18,894 nucleotides of DNA from assembly GCA_037138355.1 (NCBI GenBank), contig JBAXIL010000035.1:1-18894 (forward strand), in the 5' to 3' direction. Position 1 is the stretch's first letter. Every line of letters starts with the position of its first letter. This DNA comes from a bacterium (lineage in GTDB: Bacteria; Oederibacteriota; PGYV01; Palsa-1178). Shown here one piece after another: positions 1 through 9,117 of this stretch. A program made the position numbers and the translations under genes. The notes beneath the pieces are model-generated. The model did no database searches, was not told the DNA's origin, and worked only from the letters and a program-made list of their open reading frames with translations.

Positions 1-55
1 CCGTGAGGGTGGCAGAACTGTTGGATCGGGAATAATTACAGAGATCGTAGAATAA
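1..55 (+). CDS. tuf: Elongation factor Tu, 3' end only (partial, runs off window start)
   Basis: The frame starting at base 2 reads [17 protein letters not shown] (TAA 53-55), the canonical EF-Tu C-terminus. It lies directly upstream of rpsJ. Confidence 0.95.
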   Translation, partial: REGGRTVGSGIITEIVE

Positions 56-72
56 CGGAAGGGAGAATTATA

Positions 73-387
73 ATGCAGTCTGAAACACAGAAAATCAGGA
101 TAAGGCTTAAGGCCTATGATCACAAGCTTCTGGATAAATCCGTAGCCGATATTATTAAAAAGGTTAAGGAAACAGGAGCGCGTGTATGCGGGCCAATTCC
201 ACTTCCTACGAAAATGCACAAGTACACTATTCAAAGATCTGTTCATGCCGATAAAAAGGCAAGAGAGCAGTTCGAAATGAGGATTCACAAGAGACTTATC
301 GATATAATCGATCCGAACCATGAGACAGTAGAGAAGCTTAAAACTCTCGACTTGCCGGCCGGTATTGATGTAGAGATAAAGTTGTAA
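73..387 (+). CDS. rpsJ: 30S ribosomal protein S10 (uS10)
   Basis: [33 protein letters not shown] and [13 protein letters not shown] motifs; upstream SD-like AAGGGAG. Confidence 0.99.
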   Translation: MQSETQKIRIRLKAYDHKLLDKSVADIIKKVKETGARVCGPIPLPTKMHKYTIQRSVHADKKAREQFEMRIHKRLIDIIDPNHETVEKLKTLDLPAGIDVEIKL

Positions 388-401
388 ACGGAGGCTTAAA
401 A

Positions 402-1076
402 TTGGTATCTAAACTTGTTGGAAAAAAGTTAGGAATGACTCAGGTTTTTAATGCTAAGGGAGAAATTGTCCCAGTCACGATAGTACAAGTTGACAACACT
501 ATTGTTGTTGATAAAAAGTCTATCGAGCGCGACGGATATGTAGCGCTAAAGCTCGGTGCATTTGATGTAAAAAAACCGAAAAATATGGCAAAAGCATTAA
601 AAGGTCTTTTCAAAAATGAAAAGAAACAGTATGACATGCCTTTAAAAAGTGTGTTATGCGAAGTTAGAATGTCACAAGCAGAAGCAGATAAGTTTAATAT
701 CGGCGATGTGATAAAAGTTGATTCTGTTTTTAAAGAAGGCGACTTGATAGATGTAGCCGGAGTTTCGAAAGGTAAAGGCACACAGGGCGTAATGAAGAGA
801 CACGGATTTTCTGGCGGCCCAGCATCACACGGTTCTATGATGCACAGAGCACCTGGTTCTATTGGTTCATCTACATATCCTGCAAGAGTTTTTAAGAATA
901 TGAAAATGGCTGGAAGAATGGGTTTTGAAAATGTTACTGTAATGAATCTGTATGTTGAAAAAATAGATGTTGAAAATAATTATGTACTTATTAAAGGCGC
1001 TGTTCCTGGCGCAAAGAACGGTTATCTTGAAATAAAGAAATGTGCTAAGAAGAAGAAATTAGCATTAAAGAAGTAA
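402..1076 (+). CDS. rplC: 50S ribosomal protein L3 (uL3), TTG start
   Basis: GKKLGMTQVF, SKGKGTQGVMKRHGF, HRAPGSIG and KGAVPG motifs; GGAGG at 390-394. Confidence 0.99.
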   Translation: MVSKLVGKKLGMTQVFNAKGEIVPVTIVQVDNTIVVDKKSIERDGYVALKLGAFDVKKPKNMAKALKGLFKNEKKQYDMPLKSVLCEVRMSQAEADKFNIGDVIKVDSVFKEGDLIDVAGVSKGKGTQGVMKRHGFSGGPASHGSMMHRAPGSIGSSTYPARVFKNMKMAGRMGFENVTVMNLYVEKIDVENNYVLIKGAVPGAKNGYLEIKKCAKKKKLALKK

Positions 1077-1097
1077 ACATAAAAGGAGAAATCCAAT

Positions 1098-1721
1098 ATG
1101 AAACTGGAAGTTTTGGACAAAGAAAACAAAAAAGTGTCGGAGTATGAACTCGACGACAGCTTACTCGTAGTAACTGTAAAAGATGACTTAATACATGATG
1201 TTCTGCTTGCTTATGAGCAGAATCAGCATACCGGTTCTTCCAACACGCTTGGAAGAGGACAGGTAAGAGGTGGCGGCAAAAAGCCATGGAAACAAAAAGG
1301 TACTGGCCAAGCCAGACATGGTTCCATACGCTCCCCGATCTGGAAAGGCGGCGGTGTAACTTTTGGACCGAAACCTTTTAAATCCAGAATAGTTGTAAAC
1401 AAGGCTGTAAAAAAACAGGCTTTCTATGCTGTGCTTGCTGGCAAATTAAGAGATAATGAAATAAAACTCGTAAGTGATTTTTCAGTGACTGCACCAAAGA
1501 CAAAAGAAGTCATTGCGATTTTAAAGAGTCTTAAATTACACGATAAAAAGTTGCTGCTTGTGATGGACGCTGTAAGTGCGAACTTCATTAAGGCATCAAG
1601 AAATATTGAGAAGCTTACGGTTGTAAAGTATGATAATGTAAATGTTTTTGAAATGATTTCGCACAAAAATATTCTGATGACCCAAAAGGCATTAGATGAA
1701 ATTATTAAGAGAAAGGGATAA
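1098..1721 (+). CDS. rplD: 50S ribosomal protein L4 (uL4)
   Basis: GGGKKPWKQKGTGQARHGSIRSPIWKGGGVTFGPKP motif; operon position. Confidence 0.99.
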   Translation: MKLEVLDKENKKVSEYELDDSLLVVTVKDDLIHDVLLAYEQNQHTGSSNTLGRGQVRGGGKKPWKQKGTGQARHGSIRSPIWKGGGVTFGPKPFKSRIVVNKAVKKQAFYAVLAGKLRDNEIKLVSDFSVTAPKTKEVIAILKSLKLHDKKLLLVMDAVSANFIKASRNIEKLTVVKYDNVNVFEMISHKNILMTQKALDEIIKRKG

Positions 1722-1726
1722 ATAGA

Positions 1727-2014
1727 ATGGATATATATCAAATTATAAAAAGACCGCTGCTCACTGAGAAAAGCGGATTTGTTCGCGAACATGGTAATTT
1801 TTACACTTTTGAAGTGGAGAAAACAGCCACTAAAGAGCAGATACGCCAGGCAGTTGAAGCACTGTTTAAAGTTCATGTAATTAAAGTGAACACAGTTACA
1901 ATGCCAGGTAAATCAAAGCGTTTCGGAAAGAACATGTCCGAAGCAAAGCGTATGAAAAAGGCTATTGTTAAACTAAAGAAAGATGAAAAAATAGATATCT
2001 TAGAAGGAGTTTAA
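1727..2014 (+). CDS. rplW: 50S ribosomal protein L23 (uL23)
   Basis: [26 protein letters not shown] and KKAIVKL motifs. Confidence 0.99.
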   Translation: MDIYQIIKRPLLTEKSGFVREHGNFYTFEVEKTATKEQIRQAVEALFKVHVIKVNTVTMPGKSKRFGKNMSEAKRMKKAIVKLKKDEKIDILEGV

Positions 2015-2019
2015 AAGTC

Positions 2020-2868
2020 ATGGCAATGAAAACATTTAGACCTATAACACCAAGCAGAAGGCATATGACAGTCGATCCTAAAGATGATGTCACGCAAGAA
2101 ACGCCTGAAAAATCGCTTACTAAAGGTCTTCACCGTAAGACCGGACGCAATAGTTACGGCAGAGTAACATCAAGATTCAGAGGCGGCGGACATAAAAAAC
2201 TTTATAGAACTATTGATTTTAAAAGAGATAAGATAAATGTTCCTGGAACTGTAGAAACTATAGAATACGATCCAAACAGAACATGCAGAATTGCTCTTGT
2301 TGTTTATAGAGATGGCGAGAGAAGATACATACTTGCTCCTGTAGGAATAGGCGTAGGCGATGTGATTGTAGCAGGACCTGACTCAGAAATAAAAGTAGGA
2401 AACGCGCTTCCTTTACAGTCAATACCTGTTGGAACCGTGATACATAATATAGAACTTAATCCTGGACAGGGTGGATCTATTGCCCGTGGCGCAGGAGCAT
2501 TTGCTCAGATCATGGGTAAAGAAGCTGGAATGGCAGTTCTTAAAATGCCTTCAGGCGAATTAAGAATGATTCGTTCAGTTTGTTATGCAACAGTAGGACA
2601 AGTAGGAAATTTAGAACATGAAAATATAGTAATAGGTAAAGCTGGTAGATATCGTTGGATGGGATGGAAGCCGAGAAATAGAGCGGTTGCTATGAACCCA
2701 GTAGACCATCCAATGGGTGGAGGAGAAGGCCGTTCTAAATCAGGTGCTCATCCACAGTCTCCAACTGGAGTTAAAGCAAAAGGATTTAAGACAAGAAATA
2801 AAAAGAAACTTTCGAGCAAGTTTATTATAAGAAGAAAGAAAGAAAAAGGCTCAGGAGGGGTACAATAA
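2020..2868 (+). CDS. rplB: 50S ribosomal protein L2 (uL2)
   Basis: [18 protein letters not shown] and [15 protein letters not shown] motifs. Confidence 0.99.
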   Translation: MAMKTFRPITPSRRHMTVDPKDDVTQETPEKSLTKGLHRKTGRNSYGRVTSRFRGGGHKKLYRTIDFKRDKINVPGTVETIEYDPNRTCRIALVVYRDGERRYILAPVGIGVGDVIVAGPDSEIKVGNALPLQSIPVGTVIHNIELNPGQGGSIARGAGAFAQIMGKEAGMAVLKMPSGELRMIRSVCYATVGQVGNLEHENIVIGKAGRYRWMGWKPRNRAVAMNPVDHPMGGGEGRSKSGAHPQSPTGVKAKGFKTRNKKKLSSKFIIRRKKEKGSGGVQ

Positions 2869-3153
2869 ATGACCAGGTCAATTAAAAAAGGCGCTTTTGT
2901 AGAACAAAAACTGCTTGATAAAGTGCTGGCTATGCAGCAGAGTGGCGATAAAAAAGTTATTAAGACATGGGCGAGAAGGTCATCTATTTCGCCTGAAATG
3001 GTTGGAATTACTTTTGCTGTGCATAATGGCAGAAAGTTTATCCCAGTATTTGTAAATGAAAATATGGTAGGACATAAGCTTGGAGAATTTTCTCCAACGA
3101 GAATATTTAAAGGTCACGGTGAGGCCAAGAAAGAATCATTGGCTAAAACGTAA
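2869..3153 (+). CDS. rpsS: 30S ribosomal protein S19 (uS19)
   Basis: [25 protein letters not shown] and [13 protein letters not shown] motifs; abuts the rplB stop (TAAATG). Confidence 0.99.
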   Translation: MTRSIKKGAFVEQKLLDKVLAMQQSGDKKVIKTWARRSSISPEMVGITFAVHNGRKFIPVFVNENMVGHKLGEFSPTRIFKGHGEAKKESLAKT

Positions 3154-3176
3154 TAAATTGAAAGGAGCCGAAAACA

Positions 3177-3524
3177 ATGGAAGCAATATCAATAATAAAG
3201 CATCTTAGAATGCCAGCAAGAAAAGTGAGAGTTGTTGCTAAAGCTGTAGAGAAAAAGAGCGTGGTTGATGCATTGGATCGTTTAAGGTTCATTCCAAAAA
3301 ATGCTTCAAAGCACCTTATTAAGGCAATTAAATCGGCCGTAGCAAATGCGACAAAGAATTATGGAGCAGACGCTGACCGTCTTTTTGTTAAAGGCATTAG
3401 AGTTGACCATGGACCCACATTGAAGTATGCGAGGCGTTTTATGCCGCGTGCTATGGGAAGGGCCGCAAAAATAAATAAAAGGTCATGCCATGTTGAAGTA
3501 ACAGTGACCGATAACAAAAAATAA
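3177..3524 (+). CDS. rplV: 50S ribosomal protein L22 (uL22)
   Basis: ARKVRVV, IKSAVANA and GPTLK...PRAMGRA..INKRSCHV motifs. Confidence 0.99.
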   Translation: MEAISIIKHLRMPARKVRVVAKAVEKKSVVDALDRLRFIPKNASKHLIKAIKSAVANATKNYGADADRLFVKGIRVDHGPTLKYARRFMPRAMGRAAKINKRSCHVEVTVTDNKK

Positions 3525-3540
3525 AAGGAGTCAATAGTTT

Positions 3541-4185
3541 ATGGGACAGAAAGTTCATCCTGAAGGCGTTAGAATAGGAATTGTAAAGGGCTGGAAATCT
3601 AAATGGCTCGTTAAAAAGAATTTCAAAGATTTAGTTTTAGAAGATTATAAGATAAGAAAATATATTAAAGCTAAATTATACACTGCTGGTATTGCAAGAG
3701 TAGAAATTGAGAGAGCTGGAAACAAAGCTATTCTTAAAATCTATGCTTCAAAGCCTGGTATGATTATAGGAAGAAAAGGCGCAGAAGTAGATGTTTTGAA
3801 AAAAGCACTTGAAAAAATGACAGGAAAACAAATTTTAATCGATCCAAAAGAAGTTGCGAAACCTGAAATAGAAGCTGTTTTAATTGCTGAGAATATCGCA
3901 CAGCAGCTTGAGAAGCGCATATCATACAGACGCGCAATGAAAAAAGCAATGCAGACAGCAATGGCACCAGATTCTGGCGCCTTTGGAATAAAAGTAGCAT
4001 GCTCAGGAAGACTTGCAGGAGCAGAAATTGCAAGAAGAGAATGGTATGTAGAAGGAAGAGTACCACTACAGACATTAAGAGCTGACATTGATTACGGAAC
4101 AGCAACAGCTATGACAACTTATGGAACAATTGGCGTAAAAGTTTGGGTCTTCAAGGGAGAAATTCTTCCTGGCGACAATAAATAA
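3541..4185 (+). CDS. rpsC: 30S ribosomal protein S3 (uS3)
   Basis: [29 protein letters not shown] and [15 protein letters not shown] motifs. Confidence 0.99.
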   Translation: MGQKVHPEGVRIGIVKGWKSKWLVKKNFKDLVLEDYKIRKYIKAKLYTAGIARVEIERAGNKAILKIYASKPGMIIGRKGAEVDVLKKALEKMTGKQILIDPKEVAKPEIEAVLIAENIAQQLEKRISYRRAMKKAMQTAMAPDSGAFGIKVACSGRLAGAEIARREWYVEGRVPLQTLRADIDYGTATAMTTYGTIGVKVWVFKGEILPGDNK

Positions 4186-4200
4186 GCGGAGGATATATAT

Positions 4201-4614
4201 ATGTTAATGCCGTCAAGGGTAAAATTCAGGAAACAAATGAGAGGCAGAATGAAAGGAAAAGCGACCAGTGGAAATAAGGTCAGCTTTGGAGAATATGGAT
4301 TAAAAGCACTTGAACCGTCTTGGATTACAGGCAGACAGTTAGAAGCTGCCAGAGTTGCTATCAATCGTAATTTGAAAAAAGGTGGAAAACTTTGGATTAG
4401 AATATTTCCTGATAAACCAGTCACTAAAAAACCGGCAGAAACCCGCATGGGTAAAGGAAAAGGCGCACCTGAATTTTGGGTAGCCGTAGTAAAACCAGGA
4501 AGAGTGATATTTGAACTTGATGGAGTAACTGAAGATATAGCGCGTTTGGCTTTTAGAAAAGCCAGAGGCAAAATGCCTATAGCGATGCAATTTGTTTACA
4601 GGCACGAGATTTAA
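4201..4614 (+). CDS. rplP: 50S ribosomal protein L16 (uL16)
   Basis: [12 protein letters not shown] and [24 protein letters not shown] motifs. Confidence 0.99.
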   Translation: MLMPSRVKFRKQMRGRMKGKATSGNKVSFGEYGLKALEPSWITGRQLEAARVAINRNLKKGGKLWIRIFPDKPVTKKPAETRMGKGKGAPEFWVAVVKPGRVIFELDGVTEDIARLAFRKARGKMPIAMQFVYRHEI

Positions 4615-4632
4615 TTCATAACGGAGGATTCA

Positions 4633-4839
4633 ATGAAAGCACAGGAAATCAGAGATTTAAATGTTGAAGAAATAGACAGGAAAGCAAAAGAACTCAAAGA
4701 GAGTCTTTTTAAGATTAGAATGAAGCTATCGACAAAACAGGTTGAAAATACTGCACAGATTAATGTTATAAAAAAAGACATTGCCAGGCTGCTTACTATA
4801 GCAAAACAGAAAAGGGCAGTTAAAGGAGCCGTTAAATGA
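4633..4839 (+). CDS. rpmC: 50S ribosomal protein L29 (uL29)
   Basis: [17 protein letters not shown] and KKDIARLLT motifs; operon position. Confidence 0.97.
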   Translation: MKAQEIRDLNVEEIDRKAKELKESLFKIRMKLSTKQVENTAQINVIKKDIARLLTIAKQKRAVKGAVK

Positions 4840-5153
4840 GTGAGAAAAATAACAGGCGCACGCTTGAAGCAGAGGTAATAGGAACAAAAATGCATAAAAC
4901 TGTTACAGTTATCGTTGTAACAAAAGTAAAACATCCTATGTATAAAAAGTATGTAAAAAGAACCACGAAGCTCATGGCTCATGATGAAAAGAATGAGTGC
5001 AAAGTGGGAGATAAAGTATCTATAAAAGAAGTTAGGCCTCTTTCGAAAAATAAAAGATGGCTTGTTGTTGAGATCCTGAAAAAGGGCCTCGAGAAAATAG
5101 ACCTTATTGATGATGGGAGCGAAAAAAATGATCCAACAAATGACAAGGCTTGA
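4836..5153 (+). CDS. rpsQ: 30S ribosomal protein S17 (uS17) with acidic C-terminal extension
   Basis: [27 protein letters not shown] and RPLSKNKRW motifs; ATGA overlap with rpmC. Confidence 0.98.
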   Translation: MSEKNNRRTLEAEVIGTKMHKTVTVIVVTKVKHPMYKKYVKRTTKLMAHDEKNECKVGDKVSIKEVRPLSKNKRWLVVEILKKGLEKIDLIDDGSEKNDPTNDKA

Positions 5154-5496
5154 AGTAGCCGATAATTCCGGAGCAAAGACAATAATGTGTATTAAAGTTT
5201 TGGGTGGCACAAGAGCTCGCTACGCTGGTTTGGGCGATATTATAGTAGCATCAGTTAAGGACGCTATTCCTGGAGCACAGGTAAAAAGAAAAGAAGTAGT
5301 AAAAGCAGTTATAGTCAGATTAAGAAAAGAGACCAGAAGAAAAGATGGTTCTTATATAAGATTTGATACAAATTCGGCGGTAATTATAAATGATCAGAAT
5401 CTTCCGAGAGGCACCAGAATATTCGGGCCAGTCGCAAGAGAACTTAGGGAAAGAAACTTCCTTAAGATCATATCACTTGCGCCAGAAGTGGTTTAG
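5128..5496 (+). CDS. rplN: 50S ribosomal protein L14 (uL14); start corrected from 5107 to 5128
   Basis: The canonical N-terminus [17 protein letters not shown] begins at ATG 5128, with SD GGGAG at 5115-5119. It ends [13 protein letters not shown]...IISLAPEVV. Confidence 0.98.
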   Translation: MIQQMTRLEVADNSGAKTIMCIKVLGGTRARYAGLGDIIVASVKDAIPGAQVKRKEVVKAVIVRLRKETRRKDGSYIRFDTNSAVIINDQNLPRGTRIFGPVARELRERNFLKIISLAPEVV

Positions 5497-5505
5497 GAGA
5501 AACTT

Positions 5506-5829
5506 ATGAAAATAAAAATTAAAAAAAATGATGTTGTAACTGTTATTACTGGAAAGTATGTTGGAAAATCAGGTAAAGTTATTAAAGTATTTCCTGATAC
5601 CAATAAAGTTATAGTTGAAAAAATTAATTTTGTAAAAAGACATACAAAGCCTTCGCAGAAAGTACAGCAGGGCGGAATTTTGGAAAAAGAAGCTCCAATT
5701 GCAGTTTCAAAAGTTATGCTTATTTGTAATAAGTGCGGAAAGACCACCAGAGTTAAAATTGGTTCACTCCCAGATGGTTCGCATGTGCGTATTTGTAAGA
5801 AATGTAAAGAAATGATCGATGAAAAATAG
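5506..5829 (+). CDS. rplX: 50S ribosomal protein L24 (uL24)
   Basis: KIKKNDVVTVITGK KOW motif and GGILEKEAPI; C-terminal CxxC...CxxC. Confidence 0.99.
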   Translation: MKIKIKKNDVVTVITGKYVGKSGKVIKVFPDTNKVIVEKINFVKRHTKPSQKVQQGGILEKEAPIAVSKVMLICNKCGKTTRVKIGSLPDGSHVRICKKCKEMIDEK

Positions 5830-5843
5830 GAGGCAAAATTTAA

Positions 5844-6386
5844 ATGGCAAGGCTTAAAGAAAAATTTGACAAAGAATTAGTGCCAAAGTTAATGTTGGCC
5901 ACCGGATATAAAAATAAATTCCAGGTGCCAAAGCTGGAGAAGATAGTTATCAATATGGGTGTGGGAGAAGCCACACAGAATATCAAAGCTCTTGATGAGG
6001 CAATCGAAGAATTGACTGCCATCACCGGACAAAAGCCGTTGACAACAAAATCAAAAGTTTCGATATCTAACTTCAAACTTAGAGAAAATATTCCAATAGG
6101 CGCAAAGGTTACACTTCGTGGAAACAGAATGTATGAGTTCCTCGATAGATTTATAACACTCGCACTTCCACGCGTAAGAGATTTTGCAGGAGTTCCACGC
6201 AATTCTTTTGACGGCAGAGGAAATTACACTATGGGTGTAAAAGAACAGATTATCTTTCCTGAAGTTAAATTTGAAAAAGTACTCGTAGTTATGGGTATGG
6301 ATATAACATTCGTAACATCGGCAAAAAATAACGAGGATGCGTTCTTGCTTTTAGAAGCCCTCGGTATGCCGTTCCGTAAGAAATAA
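5844..6386 (+). CDS. rplE: 50S ribosomal protein L5 (uL5)
   Basis: [38 protein letters not shown] and LGMPF motifs. Confidence 0.99.
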   Translation: MARLKEKFDKELVPKLMLATGYKNKFQVPKLEKIVINMGVGEATQNIKALDEAIEELTAITGQKPLTTKSKVSISNFKLRENIPIGAKVTLRGNRMYEFLDRFITLALPRVRDFAGVPRNSFDGRGNYTMGVKEQIIFPEVKFEKVLVVMGMDITFVTSAKNNEDAFLLLEALGMPFRKK

Positions 6387-6398
6387 GGAGGAGTATAA

Positions 6399-6584
6399 GT
6401 GGCAACTACAGCGATAATTAACAAGTCAAAGAAAACACCGAAATTTAAAGTTAGAAAGTACAACAGATGTTCCATATGCGGCAGGCCAAGGGCCTACATG
6501 AGGAAATTTGGAGTATGTAGGATATGCTTCAGGACGCTTGCGCACAAAGGCGAAATACCCGGCGTCAAGAAGTCAAGCTGGTAA
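6399..6584 (+). CDS. rpsN: 30S ribosomal protein S14, short zinc-binding (type Z, C+) form, GTG start
   Basis: 61 aa containing RCSICGRPR...CRICFR...[11 protein letters not shown]; strong AGGAGG SD upstream. Confidence 0.99.
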   Translation: MATTAIINKSKKTPKFKVRKYNRCSICGRPRAYMRKFGVCRICFRTLAHKGEIPGVKKSSW

Positions 6585-6594
6585 AGGAGGAACA

Positions 6595-6984
6595 ATGGAC
6601 ACAATCGCGGATTTACTGACAAGAATTAGAAATGCAAACCTTAAAAAGAAGGATTATGTAGATGTACCTTCTTCAAAGATGAAACAGAATATTGTAAAAC
6701 TCTTAAAAGAAGAGGGTTTTATTAAAGGTTTCAGGTATATTGAAGATAATAAACAAGGTAATATTAGGGTGTATTTGAAGTATGGAGACAATAAAGATAA
6801 AGCAATTCATTCAATCAGAAGAATAAGCAAATCATCACGCAGAGTTTACACCGGTTCAGGTGAGATTCCCAAAGTAAAAAGCGGCATAGGCGTGCTCTTA
6901 ATCTCAACTTCAAAAGGGATTATGACAGGTTCTAAAGCAAGGGAAGAAAAAGTCGGCGGCGAAATAATTTGCGAGATCTGGTAA
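6595..6984 (+). CDS. rpsH: 30S ribosomal protein S8 (uS8); start corrected from 6508 to 6595
   Basis: MDTIADLLTRIRNA starts at ATG 6595 after AAAGGAGG; ISTSKGIMT and GGEIICEIW motifs. Confidence 0.98.
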   Translation: MDTIADLLTRIRNANLKKKDYVDVPSSKMKQNIVKLLKEEGFIKGFRYIEDNKQGNIRVYLKYGDNKDKAIHSIRRISKSSRRVYTGSGEIPKVKSGIGVLLISTSKGIMTGSKAREEKVGGEIICEIW

Positions 6985-6997
6985 AAGGAGAATAGGA

Positions 6998-7558
6998 ATG
7001 TCAAGAATAGGAAAAAAACCGGTAGTAATTCCGGATAAAGTTAAAGTAATCAAAGATGGTCTTGTGCTTAAAATTGAAGGTACAAAAGGCAAAGCCCAGC
7101 ATACTATGGACGCAGGCTTTGAATATAAGATTGAAGGAAATACTTTAACAGTAATTCCTAAGCCAGGTGTTGAGTCTAATAATAAGTGGAAAGCACTTTT
7201 TGGAATGGAAAGAGCTGTTATAAATAATAAAGTTATTGGAGTCACAGAAGGATATGTTAAGGTTTTGGTTTTAAAAGGCGTTGGATACAGGGCCACACTT
7301 ACAAACCCAACTTTATTGAATTTTACACTCGGTTTTTCGCACCCGTCAGAATATAAACTGCCGGCTGGAATAACTGCAGTAGTGGACAATCAGACAAAAA
7401 TTACTATTACCGGAATTGATAAACATATGGTTGGGAAAGTAGCAGCGGAAATAAAAATGTTAAAACCACCAGAACCATATCAAGGTAAAGGCGTAATGTA
7501 TGAGAATGAAAGAATTAGAAGAAAAGCAGGTAAGAGCGCCGCTGGCGCCAAGAAATAA
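6998..7558 (+). CDS. rplF: 50S ribosomal protein L6 (uL6)
   Basis: MSRIGKKPV, GVGYRA, LGFSHP and PPEPYQGKG motifs. Confidence 0.99.
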   Translation: MSRIGKKPVVIPDKVKVIKDGLVLKIEGTKGKAQHTMDAGFEYKIEGNTLTVIPKPGVESNNKWKALFGMERAVINNKVIGVTEGYVKVLVLKGVGYRATLTNPTLLNFTLGFSHPSEYKLPAGITAVVDNQTKITITGIDKHMVGKVAAEIKMLKPPEPYQGKGVMYENERIRRKAGKSAAGAKK

Positions 7559-7589
7559 GAAATAATTTTAACGGAGGATATTAATTAAT

Positions 7590-7964
7590 ATGCGTATAAC
7601 AATAAAGAAAAGAACAAACAAGGTAAGATCTAAGAGAATCTTAAGACATGAAAGAGGAAGAAAAAAGATTCAAGGCACACTTGAAAAGCCAAGACTTTCA
7701 TTATTTAGAGGAAGCAACACCCTTATGGCTCAGGTAATTGATGATTCTTCAAATAAGACGATAGTTGGGCTTGCTACTAATTCCAAAGAAGCTGGTATAA
7801 AGGGTAAAAATAAAGTATCAGCTATTGCTTTAGGAAAAAAGATAGCTGAAAAATGTAAAGAAAAAGGAATTTTAACCGTTGTTTTTGATAGAGGCGGATA
7901 TCAGTTTCATGGTGTTGTTAAAGCATTCGCGGATTCAGCTCGCGAAGCTGGCTTAAAATTTTAA
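7590..7964 (+). CDS. rplR: 50S ribosomal protein L18 (uL18)
   Basis: KPRLSLFR, AQVIDD and VVFDRGGYQFHG...AREAGLKF motifs. Confidence 0.98.
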   Translation: MRITIKKRTNKVRSKRILRHERGRKKIQGTLEKPRLSLFRGSNTLMAQVIDDSSNKTIVGLATNSKEAGIKGKNKVSAIALGKKIAEKCKEKGILTVVFDRGGYQFHGVVKAFADSAREAGLKF

Positions 7965-7979
7965 TTAGGAGGTAATTTT

Positions 7980-8468
7980 TTGAAACCCAGGGTAGACAGT
8001 ACGAAATCGGACCTTAAAGAAAGAATTGTTAGTATAAACAGAGTCGCAAAAGTTGTAAAAGGCGGCAAAAGATTTAAATTTTCCTGCTTAGCTATTGTTG
8101 GTGATGGACACGGTTCTGTGGGCTATGGAATTGGAAAAGCCAGAGAAGTGCCAGAAGCTATTAAAAAAGCAATGTTACGCGGAAGAAAAAGCTTAAAAAA
8201 GATTTGTACAAAAGGTACTACAATTCCTTTTGAAGTAACAGGCGAATTCGGAGCAGCAAAAGTATTGTTAAAACCTGCTTGTCCGGGTACGGGTGTTATC
8301 GCTGGAGCTGCTGTGCGTGCCATAGTAGAGTCCGCAGGAATTCATGATATTTTGACAAAATGCGTTGGTAGAACAACCAATCCTTTTAATGTAGTTTATG
8401 CTACATTTGAAGCATTAAAACAATTAAAGGATCCGGAAACAATATATGCGTTAAGGAAGGGTAAATAA
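7980..8468 (+). CDS. rpsE: 30S ribosomal protein S5 (uS5), TTG start
   Basis: [27 protein letters not shown] and PGTGVIAG motifs; AGGAGG SD upstream. Confidence 0.99.
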   Translation: MKPRVDSTKSDLKERIVSINRVAKVVKGGKRFKFSCLAIVGDGHGSVGYGIGKAREVPEAIKKAMLRGRKSLKKICTKGTTIPFEVTGEFGAAKVLLKPACPGTGVIAGAAVRAIVESAGIHDILTKCVGRTTNPFNVVYATFEALKQLKDPETIYALRKGK

Positions 8469-8469
8469 A

Positions 8470-8649
8470 ATGGCAAAAGTAAAAGTGACTTTAAAGAAAA
8501 GCACGGCCGGACATGTGCCGTCAAACAGAAGAACAATTGCAGCACTTGGTTTGAAAAAAATTGGTGATTCAAAAGTATTTGAAAAGACAAAAGAGCTTGA
8601 TGGGGCTTTAAGAAAAATACATTTTCTTGTAACTGTTAAAGAGCAATAA
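8470..8649 (+). CDS. rpmD: 50S ribosomal protein L30 (uL30), not in the ORF track
   Basis: My translation gives MAKVKVTLKKSTAGHVPSNRRTIAALGLKKIGDSKVFEKTKELDGALRKIHFLVTVKEQ* (59 aa). It has the L30 pattern KVTL.KS..G / T..ALGL.KI and lies between rpsE and rplO. Confidence 0.95.
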   Translation: MAKVKVTLKKSTAGHVPSNRRTIAALGLKKIGDSKVFEKTKELDGALRKIHFLVTVKEQ

Positions 8650-8670
8650 ATACGCGGAGGATAATTAAAC

Positions 8671-9117
8671 ATGGAATTTAAAGACTTAAAAGTAAATAAA
8701 GCAAAAAGAACAAAAAAAGTTAGAAAAGGCCGTGGTACTGGATCTGGAATAGGTAAGACTTCCGGAAAAGGACACAAAGGTCAAAGAGCTCGTTCAGGCG
8801 GAGCCAAGGCCCCATGGTTTGAAGGTGGACAGCAGAGACTTGTTCAGCGTTTGCCAAAAGTTGGATTTACAAACATATTTGCAGTAGAATATGAAATAAT
8901 AAACTTGCAGACATTGGAAGAAAAATTTGAAACAGGTTCTGCGGTTAACAGAGAAACTTTACTTGCTAAAGGAATAATCAAAACAAAAAAGAAAAAAATT
9001 AAAATACTTGCAAACGGCGATTTAACGAAAGCTTTTAATGTTACGGCCGACAAGTTCTCAGCTAAAGCAGTTGAAAAAATTACAGTCGCCGGCGGAAAGG
9101 TGGAACTGGCAAAATGA
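8671..9117 (+). CDS. rplO: 50S ribosomal protein L15 (uL15)
   Basis: GRGTGSGIGKTSGKGHKGQRARSG, FEGGQ and RLPKVGF motifs. Confidence 0.99.
   Translation: MEFKDLKVNKAKRTKKVRKGRGTGSGIGKTSGKGHKGQRARSGGAKAPWFEGGQQRLVQRLPKVGFTNIFAVEYEIINLQTLEEKFETGSAVNRETLLAKGIIKTKKKKIKILANGDLTKAFNVTADKFSAKAVEKITVAGGKVELAK

Noticed and set aside
5107..5127. N-terminal extension of uL14 in the ORF track
   Set aside because: The conserved MIQ start and the SD position place the true start at 5128.
5820..5900. S8 autoregulatory operator at the rplX-rplE junction, as in E. coli
   Set aside because: I could not identify a convincing helix-21-mimic hairpin by eye. A covariance-model search would be needed.
6508..6594. 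N-terminal extension of uS8 overlapping rpsN
   Set aside because: This is a longest-ORF artefact. A strong SD precedes ATG 6595, where uS8 homology begins.
7573..7592. Possible ATT start for rplR at 7584, since the SD is 12 nt from ATG 7590
   Set aside because: The ATG spacing is long but workable, and nothing else supports a non-canonical start.
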